A DNA stretch of 64,000 nt from assembly GCA_964396185.1 (NCBI GenBank), contig CAYNEI010000009.1:3057-67056 (forward strand). The letters run 5' to 3'. This DNA is from an uncultured Thermoplasmatales archaeon (GTDB lineage Archaea > Thermoplasmatota > SW-10-69-26). The notes under the pieces are model-generated. The model searched no databases. It had not been told where the DNA came from and was given only the letters and a program-made list of their open reading frames with translations. Every line of letters starts with the position of its first letter. Position 1 is the first letter of the stretch. A program made the position numbers and the translations under genes. This document shows, one piece after another, positions 26,248 to 35,000 of the stretch.

Positions 26248-27030
26248 TCAGCGGGGGAAGGTCTCCAGCTCGACACCCGGCAGCTCGCCCTCGATGGTCA
26301 GCGACTCGATGATCACGGGCTCGACGGGCCGATCCTGGCCGTCGGTCTCGACGTCACCGATCTCCCGCACCACGTCCATCCCATCGACCACCTTGCCGAA
26401 GACAGCGTGCGTGCCGTCCAGGTGGGGGGTGGCATCCAGCGTGATGAACCACTGGCTCCCACCGGTGCGGGCTTGGCCGGTGTTGGCCATGGAGAGCACG
26501 CCTGCCTCGTCGTGGCTGAGCGCGAACCCACCGTGGTCGTCGCACTGGTCGCTGGCCTCGCGGTACCCGCTCCACTCGTTCGTGGTGGTCCCGTCCTCGC
26601 AGGCGAACTCGTCCAGGATCGTGTAGCCGGGCCCGCCGCTTCCCCAGCGTTCCTCGGCGCTGTCGTTCTTGGTCAACGGGTCGCCGGCCTGGATCATGAA
26701 CCCGTTGGGGAAGCTGCCGCCGGGGCCGATGACGCGGTGGAACTTCACCTCGTCGTAGAAACCATCCTCGGCCAGGTGACCGAAGTTCTGGACGGTCTGT
26801 GGGGTCTGCTCGCAGTGGAGCAGGAGCACGATGGTGCCGTGGTTCGTGTCCATCACGGCCACGGGGCCATCCAGCTCCTCCGTGACGCCCTCGGGGGCTG
26901 TCTCGGGGGGTGCACAGTCGAGCTCGCTGGTCTCGTTCGTCCCATCGTTCGTCTCATCCGGCTCTGCTGGCGTGGCACAGCCCGCCAGGCCAGTGGTCAC
27001 GAGGATGAGGGCCAACCACATCGCCTTCAT
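26248..27030 (-). CDS. cyclophilin-type peptidyl-prolyl isomerase, lipoprotein
   Basis: Lipobox TTGLAGC. VQNFGHLAEDGFYDEVKFHRVI, FMIQAGDP, LSMANTG..TGGSQWFITL, VFGKVVDGMDVV. Confidence 0.9.
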   Translation of the reverse strand: MKAMWLALILVTTGLAGCATPAEPDETNDGTNETSELDCAPPETAPEGVTEELDGPVAVMDTNHGTIVLLLHCEQTPQTVQNFGHLAEDGFYDEVKFHRVIGPGGSFPNGFMIQAGDPLTKNDSAEERWGSGGPGYTILDEFACEDGTTTNEWSGYREASDQCDDHGGFALSHDEAGVLSMANTGQARTGGSQWFITLDATPHLDGTHAVFGKVVDGMDVVREIGDVETDGQDRPVEPVIIESLTIEGELPGVELETFPR

Positions 27031-27179
27031 GGGTCCCCCGAGTCGGGCGGGCCACTTAACCTTTCAGAATCGAACGAGGGACGAGAGAGGATGAGGAGGG
27101 AGAGACGGGCCCAGGGAGCCCGTGGCAGAGGAGAGGGCGGCCCGGGGCCTTAGCCCGGGGCCGCCGGTGGCCTGGCGGG

Positions 27180-28544
27180 TCACTCGACGATGGTGACCAG
27201 GTGGAGGCCTTCCTGGTGGAAGGCGTTCTCGGTCATGCCGTCGAAGTCGATGGTGACCAGGCCGCTGGAGAGCACGCTGGGGTCGTAGTGCTCGTCGCTG
27301 CCGGCGCGCACACCGAAGGCGTTGACCAGGGCGTTGTACTCGTAGGCGGTGTCGTTGCCGAAGCCCACGTGGAGGCTCTCGAACGCGTCGACATCGTAGC
27401 TGTCATGCCACAGGTCCAACAGCGGCGTCTCGAGCTCGATCTCGCTGTCCTCGTGGACCTCGAGGGCGTCGAGCTCGAGGACCTCGGCGTCGTCGAGGAG
27501 GTTCTCGCCGTCGGCGTCGGCGATGGTCAGCGCGCCGTCGACGTGGCCGGCGCGCACGAAGAGGATGTAGGTGTCGGGCTCGAGCTCGAGCGCGATCTCC
27601 TGGGGCTCCACGTGGTTGTGGTACCGGTAGTCCCAGGGCGTGCAATCCTCAAGGCTGTGGCAGTAGTTGCGCGAGTCCTCGAGGGGTGCGCCGAGGTGGA
27701 GGTACTCCACTTGGGTCCCGTTGCTGGCGAAGAGGCTGGCGTCTAGCATGTAGCCCTCGTGGATATCGAAGGTCACGACGGCCCCGTTGGGCGCATGGAA
27801 GCGCAGGGGCACGTAGTCAGCCTCGGTGATGTTCATGGCCTTGAGCTCGGGCTCCTCGGCCTCGATCTCCTCGTCGGCCTCATCGATGTCCTCGGGCAGG
27901 ATGGGCGTGAGCAGGGTGACGTAGACGGCGCCGTCCAGGGCGTCGGCTTGGATGCTGACGTCGAGCACGCCGTCGGCAAGCGCCTCGGCGGCCTCCTCGG
28001 CAGCCGCGGCTTCGACGCCGGAATCGCTGGCGCGGAAGACCGTGCCGGAGTCGCTGGAGCCCACGATGAGCAGGTTCTCAGCCGCACCGTCGATGGCGCC
28101 CGAGACGCCGACCAGGCGCTCTGGGAGGTCGATGGTGACCGTGGTGTCCACGGCGTCGCCGTCTTCCTCGACGAGCTTGATGCGGCGTTCGTCGGTGTCG
28201 AGCTCGGTGACGTCGCCGTCGCCTGTGGCCGAGACCACGGCCTCGCCGGCGAAGAGCGCGACGATGGCGCTGCCGCCGTCGAGGATGAAGTCGTGGGAAT
28301 CGCCGGCACCGATGGAGCGGGCGACCACGAGCTCACCGTCCAGATCGTAGACCAGGGCCTCGGTGGCTTCCTCGGCCTCGATCCGGAACCGGTCGTCGTC
28401 CGCCTCGACGAAGTAGACGCCGGTGGCCACGGCGCCGATGCGGTCGTACTCTGATGCGTTAACAGCCATGGGGGCAAGCGCGCCGATCAGCAGTGCGATG
28501 GCGCCCAACGCGATGTATCTCCTCTGCATGGGGGATCTCTCCAA
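27180..28544 (-). CDS. secreted acidic hypothetical protein
   Basis: Signal peptide RRYIALGAIALLIGALAPMAVNA, then a D/E-rich 430-aa body. An AT-rich box (TTTTATACCC on the minus strand, 28561-28570) lies about 20 nt upstream. Confidence 0.65.
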   Translation of the reverse strand: MERSPMQRRYIALGAIALLIGALAPMAVNASEYDRIGAVATGVYFVEADDDRFRIEAEEATEALVYDLDGELVVARSIGAGDSHDFILDGGSAIVALFAGEAVVSATGDGDVTELDTDERRIKLVEEDGDAVDTTVTIDLPERLVGVSGAIDGAAENLLIVGSSDSGTVFRASDSGVEAAAAEEAAEALADGVLDVSIQADALDGAVYVTLLTPILPEDIDEADEEIEAEEPELKAMNITEADYVPLRFHAPNGAVVTFDIHEGYMLDASLFASNGTQVEYLHLGAPLEDSRNYCHSLEDCTPWDYRYHNHVEPQEIALELEPDTYILFVRAGHVDGALTIADADGENLLDDAEVLELDALEVHEDSEIELETPLLDLWHDSYDVDAFESLHVGFGNDTAYEYNALVNAFGVRAGSDEHYDPSVLSSGLVTIDFDGMTENAFHQEGLHLVTIVE

Positions 28545-28620
28545 GCCACCCGACGGGTGGGGGTATAAAAGCTTGATTGGTCAATCTGTTGAAACGAAGG
28601 GCAGAGTGCCGCGAGACGTT

Positions 28621-28808
28621 CAACACGGAGGCACGGAGACACGGAGCGAACGGAGGAAAGGGGGACGTGGAAGGACCGGAAAGGCGGGATAATCGAGGCG
28701 GTCAAAGAGATGTGGTCCGTCATCCCGCTCACGATGGACAAAATTATAGGATTATAGCAGTTCAGCACGGATCCTTCCGTTCTCCGTTCGCTACGTGCCT
28801 CCGTGTTA
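28621..28808. repeat. periodic-arm palindromic element (CACGGAG / CTCCGTG type), paralogue of 35001-35279
   Basis: AACACGGAGGCACG (28622-28635) pairs perfectly with CGTGCCTCCGTGTT (28794-28807), and AGCGAACGGAG pairs with CTCCGTTCGCT. The first 36 nt match the 35001 copy with 1 mismatch. Confidence 0.85.
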
Positions 28809-28839
28809 GACGGTTGTCTCGGTGCCTCCACGCCCTCCC

Positions 28840-30201
28840 TCACCGCTCCCCGAAGCGTTCCAGCACCCGGCCGAAGGCTTCGCTCCCCTTCCAGAAGTGC
28901 TCCAGGCGGAAGAACTCGTCCGGGGCGTGGAGACGCTCATCGGTCATGCCGTACCCCATGAGCACCACGGGCCCCAGGCTCTCCAGGGTCGGGATCACCG
29001 GGATCGTGGCCCCCTCCCGGATGTAGAGGGTCTCGTTCCCGAAGGCCTCGGTGAGGCATCCGCCAGCGATCTCGAGCACCGGGTGGTCCGGGGAGGCGTA
29101 CCAGGCCGGCGCTGCTTGGAGCACCTCGCCTTCCAGGCGCACGCCAGTGGGCAGCAAGCCTTCGAGATGATCGAGCACCGCTTGCCCGATGGCGTCGGGG
29201 TTCTGGTCGGGCACGGTTCGCACGCTGAGTTTGACCGTGGCGGAGGCGGGCAGCACGGTCTTGAAGCCGTCGCCAGCGTACCCGCCGGTGAGCCCGTTGA
29301 CCTCCAGGCTCGGCCTGGCCCACAGCTGCTCCTGGGGTGTGTAGCCGGCCTCACCCATGGGCACCTCCACGCCCGTGCCTGCCAGGAAGGCCTCCGCGCT
29401 GAACGGGACGGCATCCATCAAGCTGCGTTGAGCGTCATCGAGCTCGCGCACGTCATCGTAGAACCCGGGAACGGTGACGTGCAGGTCCCCGTCCTTGAGC
29501 CCACCGACGGCGCGTGCGAGGGCTTCTGCGGGGTTCATCACGATCCCGCCGAACTGGCCGGAATGGAGGTCGCGATCCGGCCCGTGGACCGTGGCCTCCA
29601 TGGTGACGATGCCGCGCATGCCGTGCACGATGGACGGGGTCTGGGCATCCCACAGGTGGGTATCCGAGACGATGACCACGTCGCTGGCCAGCGCGTCCCG
29701 GTTCTCCTGGATGTAGCGGGGCAGGCTGTGGCCCCCCACCTCCTCTTCCCCCTCGATGAGCACGCGCAAGTTGACCTCGAGCGTGCCGGCAGCCACGTGG
29801 GCCTCGATGGCGCGCAGGTTGGCGAAGAGCTGGCCCTTGTCGTCGGTGGCCCCGCGAGCCCGGATCCGATCGCCGTCGTAGACCGTGGGTTCGAAGGGTG
29901 GCGTGGTCCAGGCATCCAGGGGATCAGGCGGCTGCACATCGTAGTGGCCGTACAGGCAGACCCAGTCGGCCTCCGGGTCCAGCTCGAGCTCCATGTGGAT
30001 GAGCGGGAGGCCGTCGTCCACGACCTCGAGCCCGCCTTGGAAGCCCAGGGCCTGCAGGCGATCGACCAACCATTCGGCCGCCTTGCGGCAATCTTCCCGG
30101 TGTCCCGGGTCTGTGCTCACGCTCGGGATGCTCAAAAGCTCCTTGAGCGACGCCAGGCCCTCGTCCTGGCTGGCCTCCAACCGGTCGAGCCATGCGGGCA
30201 T
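28840..30201 (-). CDS. M20-family metallopeptidase (dipeptidase/ArgE-DapE-like)
   Basis: LYGHYDVQP, ARGATDDKGQ, IEGEEEVGG, HSGQFGG. 453 aa from the ATG at 30201. The 640-aa ORF upstream part and the 629-aa antisense ORF are rejected. Confidence 0.85.
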   Translation of the reverse strand: MPAWLDRLEASQDEGLASLKELLSIPSVSTDPGHREDCRKAAEWLVDRLQALGFQGGLEVVDDGLPLIHMELELDPEADWVCLYGHYDVQPPDPLDAWTTPPFEPTVYDGDRIRARGATDDKGQLFANLRAIEAHVAAGTLEVNLRVLIEGEEEVGGHSLPRYIQENRDALASDVVIVSDTHLWDAQTPSIVHGMRGIVTMEATVHGPDRDLHSGQFGGIVMNPAEALARAVGGLKDGDLHVTVPGFYDDVRELDDAQRSLMDAVPFSAEAFLAGTGVEVPMGEAGYTPQEQLWARPSLEVNGLTGGYAGDGFKTVLPASATVKLSVRTVPDQNPDAIGQAVLDHLEGLLPTGVRLEGEVLQAAPAWYASPDHPVLEIAGGCLTEAFGNETLYIREGATIPVIPTLESLGPVVLMGYGMTDERLHAPDEFFRLEHFWKGSEAFGRVLERFGER

Positions 30202-30327
30202 GAGATGGCCAATGCACCCTGTGCCTTTGAACTTGAAGCATCGGCCCGCTGCAAGGGATGCTTGTCTCCATCCAGCGTGGGTTTCGCCCTCTACTTGACA
30301 CATGCCCGGCGAGTTCCCAGGGATGAG

Positions 30328-30711
30328 GTGTTCCCGCTGAGCCGCCTGGACCCCCTTGCGCGCATCCTCCAGGAGGTCGTCCAGACCACACGTTCGGACT
30401 ACGCCGCGCTCATGGACGCAGGTGGTGAGGCCGTGGTCTCCATCGGCGAGCCTTCGGTGGATCTGGGCGTGCTGGCGGGCATGGCCGGCGCGATCGACGC
30501 GCTCGCGGTCCGCGACCCAGAGACCGCTCGCCACGGTTGCGCGGTGCTCGCCTCCGAGAACCGTTCCCTGGTCTTCTGCCGCCTCGAACCCGACCACCAC
30601 CTCGTCTTCCTCTACGAGGAGGAGCTGAGCATCGGTGAGCTGCTCAACACCGTGGCCACGGCTTTGGAGGGCGCGCTCGCCCAAGAGTTCAGCCCTGAGC
30701 CTCGCCGGTGA
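30328..30711 (+). CDS. Roadblock/LC7 (MglB-like) domain protein
   Basis: 127 aa from a GTG. The pattern LARILQEVVQTTRSDYAALMDAGGEAVVSIG...GCAVLASENRSLVFCRLEPDHHLVFLYEEE resembles Robl/LC7 alpha-beta-alpha sandwiches. It is the in-frame tail of a long antisense shadow ORF. Confidence 0.5.
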   Translation: MFPLSRLDPLARILQEVVQTTRSDYAALMDAGGEAVVSIGEPSVDLGVLAGMAGAIDALAVRDPETARHGCAVLASENRSLVFCRLEPDHHLVFLYEEELSIGELLNTVATALEGALAQEFSPEPRR

Positions 30712-30713
30712 TT

Positions 30714-31196
30714 TCACAACTCGAGCCGCTCGAGCACGTCCGTGCCAGGATCGTATGTGCACACGCTCGGGGGGCTGGCCCGGTGCACCGCGCCTGGGTT
30801 GACCACGCGCGTCGACCCCACGCGCTCGTCCCGGAACGTATGCGTGTGCCCGTGGACCACGAGATCGAAAGCTCCGCTGTTGATCATCCCCTCCAGCCTG
30901 CGCCCATCGTCCCCATGGATCAAGCCAACGCGCTTGGCGCCCAGCTCAAGCTCGTGGACCCGGGCGTAGCGGATTTCGGCCCCGCTCGCGGTGACCGCTT
31001 CCTGGATGCCCGAGGCGTCGTCCACGTTGCCCTCGGCCAGGTGAACCATCCAGCCCGCCAGCAGGGGGACCAGGCGTCCTGTGGCCAGATCCCCGGCGTG
31101 CAGCAGGTGCTGGACGCCAGCCTCTTGGAGCAGGGAGAGAGCCGCGCGCGTGCGCTCCTCGTTGTCGTGCGTGTCCGAGAGCAGGCCGACGAGCAT
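30714..31196 (-). CDS. MJ0936/YfcE-family metallophosphoesterase
   Basis: LLSDTHDN, HAGD, GNVD, HGHTH motif series, 160 aa. Confidence 0.85.
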   Translation of the reverse strand: MLVGLLSDTHDNEERTRAALSLLQEAGVQHLLHAGDLATGRLVPLLAGWMVHLAEGNVDDASGIQEAVTASGAEIRYARVHELELGAKRVGLIHGDDGRRLEGMINSGAFDLVVHGHTHTFRDERVGSTRVVNPGAVHRASPPSVCTYDPGTDVLERLEL

Positions 31197-31225
31197 GGTC
31201 AGGGGGTGAAGACGTCCATCGCCCT

Positions 31226-31942
31226 TCAGACTGACCGCTGGTCACCGACGCGGGTGGCTGGCACGCCGCTCCACTTGGTCCCTGGCGGGATGATGGTGTC
31301 CCTAGGGACCACCGAGCCAGCTCCGATCACGGCGCCGGCGCCGATCTTGGCGCCAGGGAAGATGATGGCCGCCTCGCCGATGCTGGCGTTCTCGCCGATC
31401 TCGATGGGCGCGATGTACATGTCGTCGCCTTGGCCCATGTGCGCCATGATCACCGAGGAGCCCCCGATGGTGGCGTGGTCCCCGATGGTGAGCTGGTTGA
31501 GGTCGTAGACGTGGGTCGAGTTCATGATCACGCTGCGCCCGATGTCAGCACCCATGCCCCGGTAGAAGGCGACGTTGATCTGGGTGGCACGCGTCATCCA
31601 GAGGAAGAAGTACCGGGCCACCATCACGAGGAGATTGTAGACGAAGAACCGGGTCGTGGCCCAAGAGCGCAGAGGATGCGTGCCTGCTGGCACGGAGAGA
31701 CGCGTGAGCACGCGAACGACCACGATGATGAGCAACAGGGATAGGCCCCAGACCAGGTAGCTTGCGAACGCCAGGGCGCCGAAGGCGGCTCCGAAGGCTA
31801 CGACCGGGAGGCCGTCGAGCAAGGGCCACCACCAGGCCACGAACGGCCACGCCAGGGCTGTGGCTCCTGCGAAAAGCAGGGCTCCGATGGTGTAGCCGAC
31901 CAGCGCCGGCATGTGCATGAGGATCCGGACCTTCAGCGACAC
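31226..31942 (-). CDS. membrane-anchored hexapeptide-repeat (left-handed beta-helix) acyltransferase
   Basis: N-terminal hydrophobic helices, then [LIV]-G-x4 repeats (IGDHATIGGSSVI, IGENASIGEAAII, IGAGAVIGAGSVV). Confidence 0.75.
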   Translation of the reverse strand: MSLKVRILMHMPALVGYTIGALLFAGATALAWPFVAWWWPLLDGLPVVAFGAAFGALAFASYLVWGLSLLLIIVVVRVLTRLSVPAGTHPLRSWATTRFFVYNLLVMVARYFFLWMTRATQINVAFYRGMGADIGRSVIMNSTHVYDLNQLTIGDHATIGGSSVIMAHMGQGDDMYIAPIEIGENASIGEAAIIFPGAKIGAGAVIGAGSVVPRDTIIPPGTKWSGVPATRVGDQRSV

Positions 31943-31998
31943 GTGGACCGCCGTAGCCGGCAGATGGATAAAAAGGCGAGGCCCGTCATGCCCCGAGT

Positions 31999-32847
31999 GT
32001 GTCCCGCCTCGTCGACCTCCAGTCGCACTCCACCTACAGTGACGGTACCTGCACGCCTCGCGAGATCGTCGAGCTCGCAGCCCAGGCGGGTCTGGCCGCG
32101 GTGGCGCTAACAGACCACGATACCGTGGCAGGCGTGCCTGAGTTCATCGACGCCGGTTCAGAGCTCGGTGTCGAGACCCTGCCGGCCATCGAGCTCTCCG
32201 TGACCGCGGCACAGGCCCGCGTGGACATCCTGGGCTACCTGATCGATCCAGCCTCGCGACCCCTCACCGAGCTGATCCAGCAAGCCCGCGCCTATCGAGC
32301 TGAGCGGCTGCCGGAGATGCTCGAGGCCCTCGACGAGGCCGACGTTCCCCTCGAGCGCGAGGCCGTGGAGGCCATCGCGGGTGGCACGGCGATCGGGCGG
32401 CCGCACATCGCCCAAGCCCTGGTGGCAGCAGGGCACGCTGGTAGCGTGGGCGAAGCCTTCGACGAGCTCATCGGCCGTGGCCAACCGGGCTACGTGCCCA
32501 AGCGACGCCTCGACCCTGCCGAGGCCATCGAGGCGATCCACGCCGCTGGCGGGGTCGCCGTGCTCGCCCATCCATGTTTGATCCATCCCGCCCAACTGAT
32601 GCCGGTGCTCGACGCGCTCACCCCTCGAGGCCTCGACGGTCTGGAGGTCTACTACAGCGCGCACGATGCTGAGCACGTGCGAGCGTTCACCCAGATCGCC
32701 GAGGCCCGCGGGCTCGTCAAGACCGGGGGCTCGGATTTCCACGGCGAGAACCGGCCGGAGATCCAGTTGGGCACCGGGCGTGGGGACCTGGCGGTGCCCT
32801 ACGACTGCGTCGAGGCGCTCAAGCAGCGAGCCAAGCGCTACGCGTAG
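31999..32847 (+). CDS. PHP-domain phosphoesterase (TrpH/YciV-like)
   Basis: VDLQSHSTYSDG, ALTDHDTVAG, VLAHP, GGSDFHG. GTG start about 27 nt after GGATAAAAAGG. Confidence 0.85.
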   Translation: MSRLVDLQSHSTYSDGTCTPREIVELAAQAGLAAVALTDHDTVAGVPEFIDAGSELGVETLPAIELSVTAAQARVDILGYLIDPASRPLTELIQQARAYRAERLPEMLEALDEADVPLEREAVEAIAGGTAIGRPHIAQALVAAGHAGSVGEAFDELIGRGQPGYVPKRRLDPAEAIEAIHAAGGVAVLAHPCLIHPAQLMPVLDALTPRGLDGLEVYYSAHDAEHVRAFTQIAEARGLVKTGGSDFHGENRPEIQLGTGRGDLAVPYDCVEALKQRAKRYA

Positions 32848-32853
32848 CCCGGT

Positions 32854-33285
32854 TCACGGCCCGCCGACGGCTCCCGGGTCGTCGGGGAACTCCACCAGCT
32901 CAACCAGGGTCCCGAAGGTGCCCTTGGGGTGCAGGAAGGCGATGCGCGAGCCTTCGACCCCGCTTCGCGGCTCGGTGTCGACCAGCTCGAGCCCCTGGCC
33001 CTCGGCGTGATCCATGGCTACCTCCAGGTCGTGGACCTCGAAGGCGATGTGGTGCAGGCCCGGGCCTCGCTTGTCCAGGTGCTTGGCGATGGGTCCGGTT
33101 CCCTCCAGGGGGAGCAGGAGCTCGACCTTCGTCTCCCCGACATGGTAGATGAGCGTGCGCACACCCTGCTCCTCGACGACCTCGGTGACCGGTGGCTCGA
33201 AACCGAAGACCCCCTCGAGCACTGCGCGAGCCTCCTCGTCGTCCGGAACGGCGATGCCGATGTGGTCGATCCCTCGGACCTGCAT
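32854..33285 (-). CDS. mce: methylmalonyl-CoA epimerase (VOC/glyoxalase fold)
   Basis: IDHIGIAV, VELLLPL, GPGLHHIAFEV, GSRIAFLHPK. Confidence 0.85.
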   Translation of the reverse strand: MQVRGIDHIGIAVPDDEEARAVLEGVFGFEPPVTEVVEEQGVRTLIYHVGETKVELLLPLEGTGPIAKHLDKRGPGLHHIAFEVHDLEVAMDHAEGQGLELVDTEPRSGVEGSRIAFLHPKGTFGTLVELVEFPDDPGAVGGP

Positions 33286-33335
33286 GGTGCCTGCAAGGCC
33301 GCGGGCAAGAAGGGCCTTGCGGCTCGCCTCGGAAC

Positions 33336-33476
33336 GATCACCACGCCGAGCAAGCTCACCACACCGGAAAGCTCACCACAAGGGCACAAAGGACACAACG
33401 GGCCAGAAGGGGACGATCGAAGCGGTCCCCATGGTCCTCGGGAGATGTTCGTGTCCGTTGTGACGTTGTGGTGAGG
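33336..33476. repeat. periodic-arm palindromic element (CACAAGG / CCGTTGTG type)
   Basis: CTCACCACAAGGGCACAAAGGACACAACGGG (33372-33402) faces GTTCGTGTCCGTTGTGACGTTGTGGTGAGG (33447-33476). Degenerate extra units lie at 33336-33371. Confidence 0.75.
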
Positions 33477-33541
33477 GGGAGATGGTCAAGTTGCCGCGTG
33501 GGTGACCTTTATCAGGCTGAACGCATCAAGGAGACACGGCG

Positions 33542-33931
33542 GTGAGCACCATGGATCCCCCCGAGCACGATGAAGTCCTCCTCCGCGACGCAGTGGATGC
33601 GCTGCTGGGGATCGCATGGGAGCAAGCTCCCCCCGAGACGGCGCGTGCCCTTCGTGCCCAGCTCGACGAGCTCGGTCCCGAGGAGTGCGAGCAGCTGCTT
33701 ACCGGCATGGTCGATACCGACACCTTGCGGGTCTTGATCGATGGAGCTGACGAAGCTGGGACCGAGCCCGAGCTCCCATCCTTCGAGGACGATCAGATGC
33801 TCAAGGTCGACGCGGCCCTGGAGCCTCTGGCCAAGCTCACCGCCGGACGAGCAGGTGCAGAGCGTGTGGGCCGGCTCACCCCGGGTAGGCGGGCGCACAT
33901 CTTGTTCTCCTCCCTCGGGCGTCGCCCCTGA
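33542..33931 (+). CDS. acidic hypothetical protein
   Basis: 129-aa ORF with strong GC3 bias and an acidic helical composition. Competes with a 128-aa antisense ORF of poorer composition. Confidence 0.45.
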   Translation: MSTMDPPEHDEVLLRDAVDALLGIAWEQAPPETARALRAQLDELGPEECEQLLTGMVDTDTLRVLIDGADEAGTEPELPSFEDDQMLKVDAALEPLAKLTAGRAGAERVGRLTPGRRAHILFSSLGRRP

Positions 33932-33960
33932 GCAGCCTCACCCCTGAGCAGGGTCACCCT

Positions 33961-33968
33961 GATAAGCT
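33961..33968 (+). promoter_or_regulatory. AT-rich box GATAAGCT about 25 nt upstream of the ATG at 33989
   Basis: Shares the ATAAGCT core with boxes at 13896 and 37066. Confidence 0.45.
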
Positions 33969-33988
33969 GGCGCCTCCTGGTCTGCCCG

Positions 33989-34993
33989 ATGCGTTCGAGC
34001 GCGCTGCTCGCCTGCTGCCTCTTGCTGGCCGCCGGCTGTCTGGCCACCGAGGAGCCCAACAGCCGATCCCCAGGCTCACAGAGCGCGACAGAGCGCTTCG
34101 AGCTCCCGGAGACCCTCTACCTCGACGCAGACACCCGGCTGAGAGGCGATGCGCCCACGGACCAGGAGGCCGAGGGGGTCCCGGTGGGGAGCTTTTACAC
34201 CGCTTGGGCTGAGGGCGCCGAGCAGCCCACGTGGACGGGGCCCGCGCTCTCGAGCCCAGCGAGGGTCACCAACGCGACCCTGACGTTCTACTACACGGCG
34301 GAGACCACGGTGGCGACCACCGGGCCCCAGGACCAGGGCTTCCCCGAGTTCGTGGTCTACTTGGGGACCGAGCAAGCCCCCATGGGCTGGGCCAGCCTCC
34401 AGGGCCCGGACGTTGTCCAGCAAGGCGACCAGGTGGAGATCACCGGAGAGCTGTCGCTGCCAGCCGGTGGCTTGGTCTACAGGACCGGGGATGCACCCGT
34501 GGTCAAGATCGCTCCGGTCCAAGCCCAGGGCGACGAGGGCTCCCGGCTGATCATCCTGGTCGACGGAGCCGAGGCCCCCAGCCGTGTGGACATGGACGTC
34601 GAGCCCGTCACGCTCCCAGGCTGGACGCCCGGCACCCCCATCCAGCACGACGGGACCTTGGCCGGAAGCGCGTATGCGACGGGCCCGCAGGAGGGCACGA
34701 CGGCAGCCTCCTTCCCGGTGGATCTCCGGCCCGGGCACGCGGGCATCATCGTGGACCTTGAGCGCGCCACGGGGGCGGGCATCGCGGACATCGACCTGGA
34801 GCTGATCGGCCCCGACGGGGTGGTGGTCGCCCGGAGCGTCACCCCTGAGGACGACGAAGGCTTGGCCCTCTTCGCGCCGAACGTTGAGGCCATCGGGCAC
34901 GGGACCTGGACCCTGCGCGTGGTCAACTACGGCAACGTGGCGGTCCAGTTCGAGCTGACGGGGAACGTGCTGGACGAGCTGGCCGGCACGTAA
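33989..34993 (+). CDS. lipoprotein with C-terminal pre-peptidase (PPC)-like beta-sandwich
   Basis: Lipobox LLLAAGC. The C-terminal IIVDLERATGAGIADIDLELIGPDG...GTWTLRVVNYG resembles PPC/P-domain modules. Confidence 0.65.
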   Translation: MRSSALLACCLLLAAGCLATEEPNSRSPGSQSATERFELPETLYLDADTRLRGDAPTDQEAEGVPVGSFYTAWAEGAEQPTWTGPALSSPARVTNATLTFYYTAETTVATTGPQDQGFPEFVVYLGTEQAPMGWASLQGPDVVQQGDQVEITGELSLPAGGLVYRTGDAPVVKIAPVQAQGDEGSRLIILVDGAEAPSRVDMDVEPVTLPGWTPGTPIQHDGTLAGSAYATGPQEGTTAASFPVDLRPGHAGIIVDLERATGAGIADIDLELIGPDGVVVARSVTPEDDEGLALFAPNVEAIGHGTWTLRVVNYGNVAVQFELTGNVLDELAGT

Positions 34994-35000
34994 GACCCAT

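Noticed and set aside
27070-27170. Purine-rich tract (GAACGAGGGACGAGAGAGGATGAGGAGGGAGAGACGGG) plus the GC hairpin GGCGGCC..GGCCGCC as another family member
   Set aside because: It lacks the CAC-N3-GG units and a complementary pyrimidine arm. It is more simply an intergenic terminator-like hairpin upstream of the PPIase promoter box.
28822-30711. 629-aa plus-strand ORF covering the whole M20 peptidase gene
   Set aside because: It is antisense to a gene with clear M20 motifs, and its translation is Gly/Ala/Arg/Pro/His-rich, with no motifs before about 30328. Only its last 127 codons (Roadblock-like) are kept.
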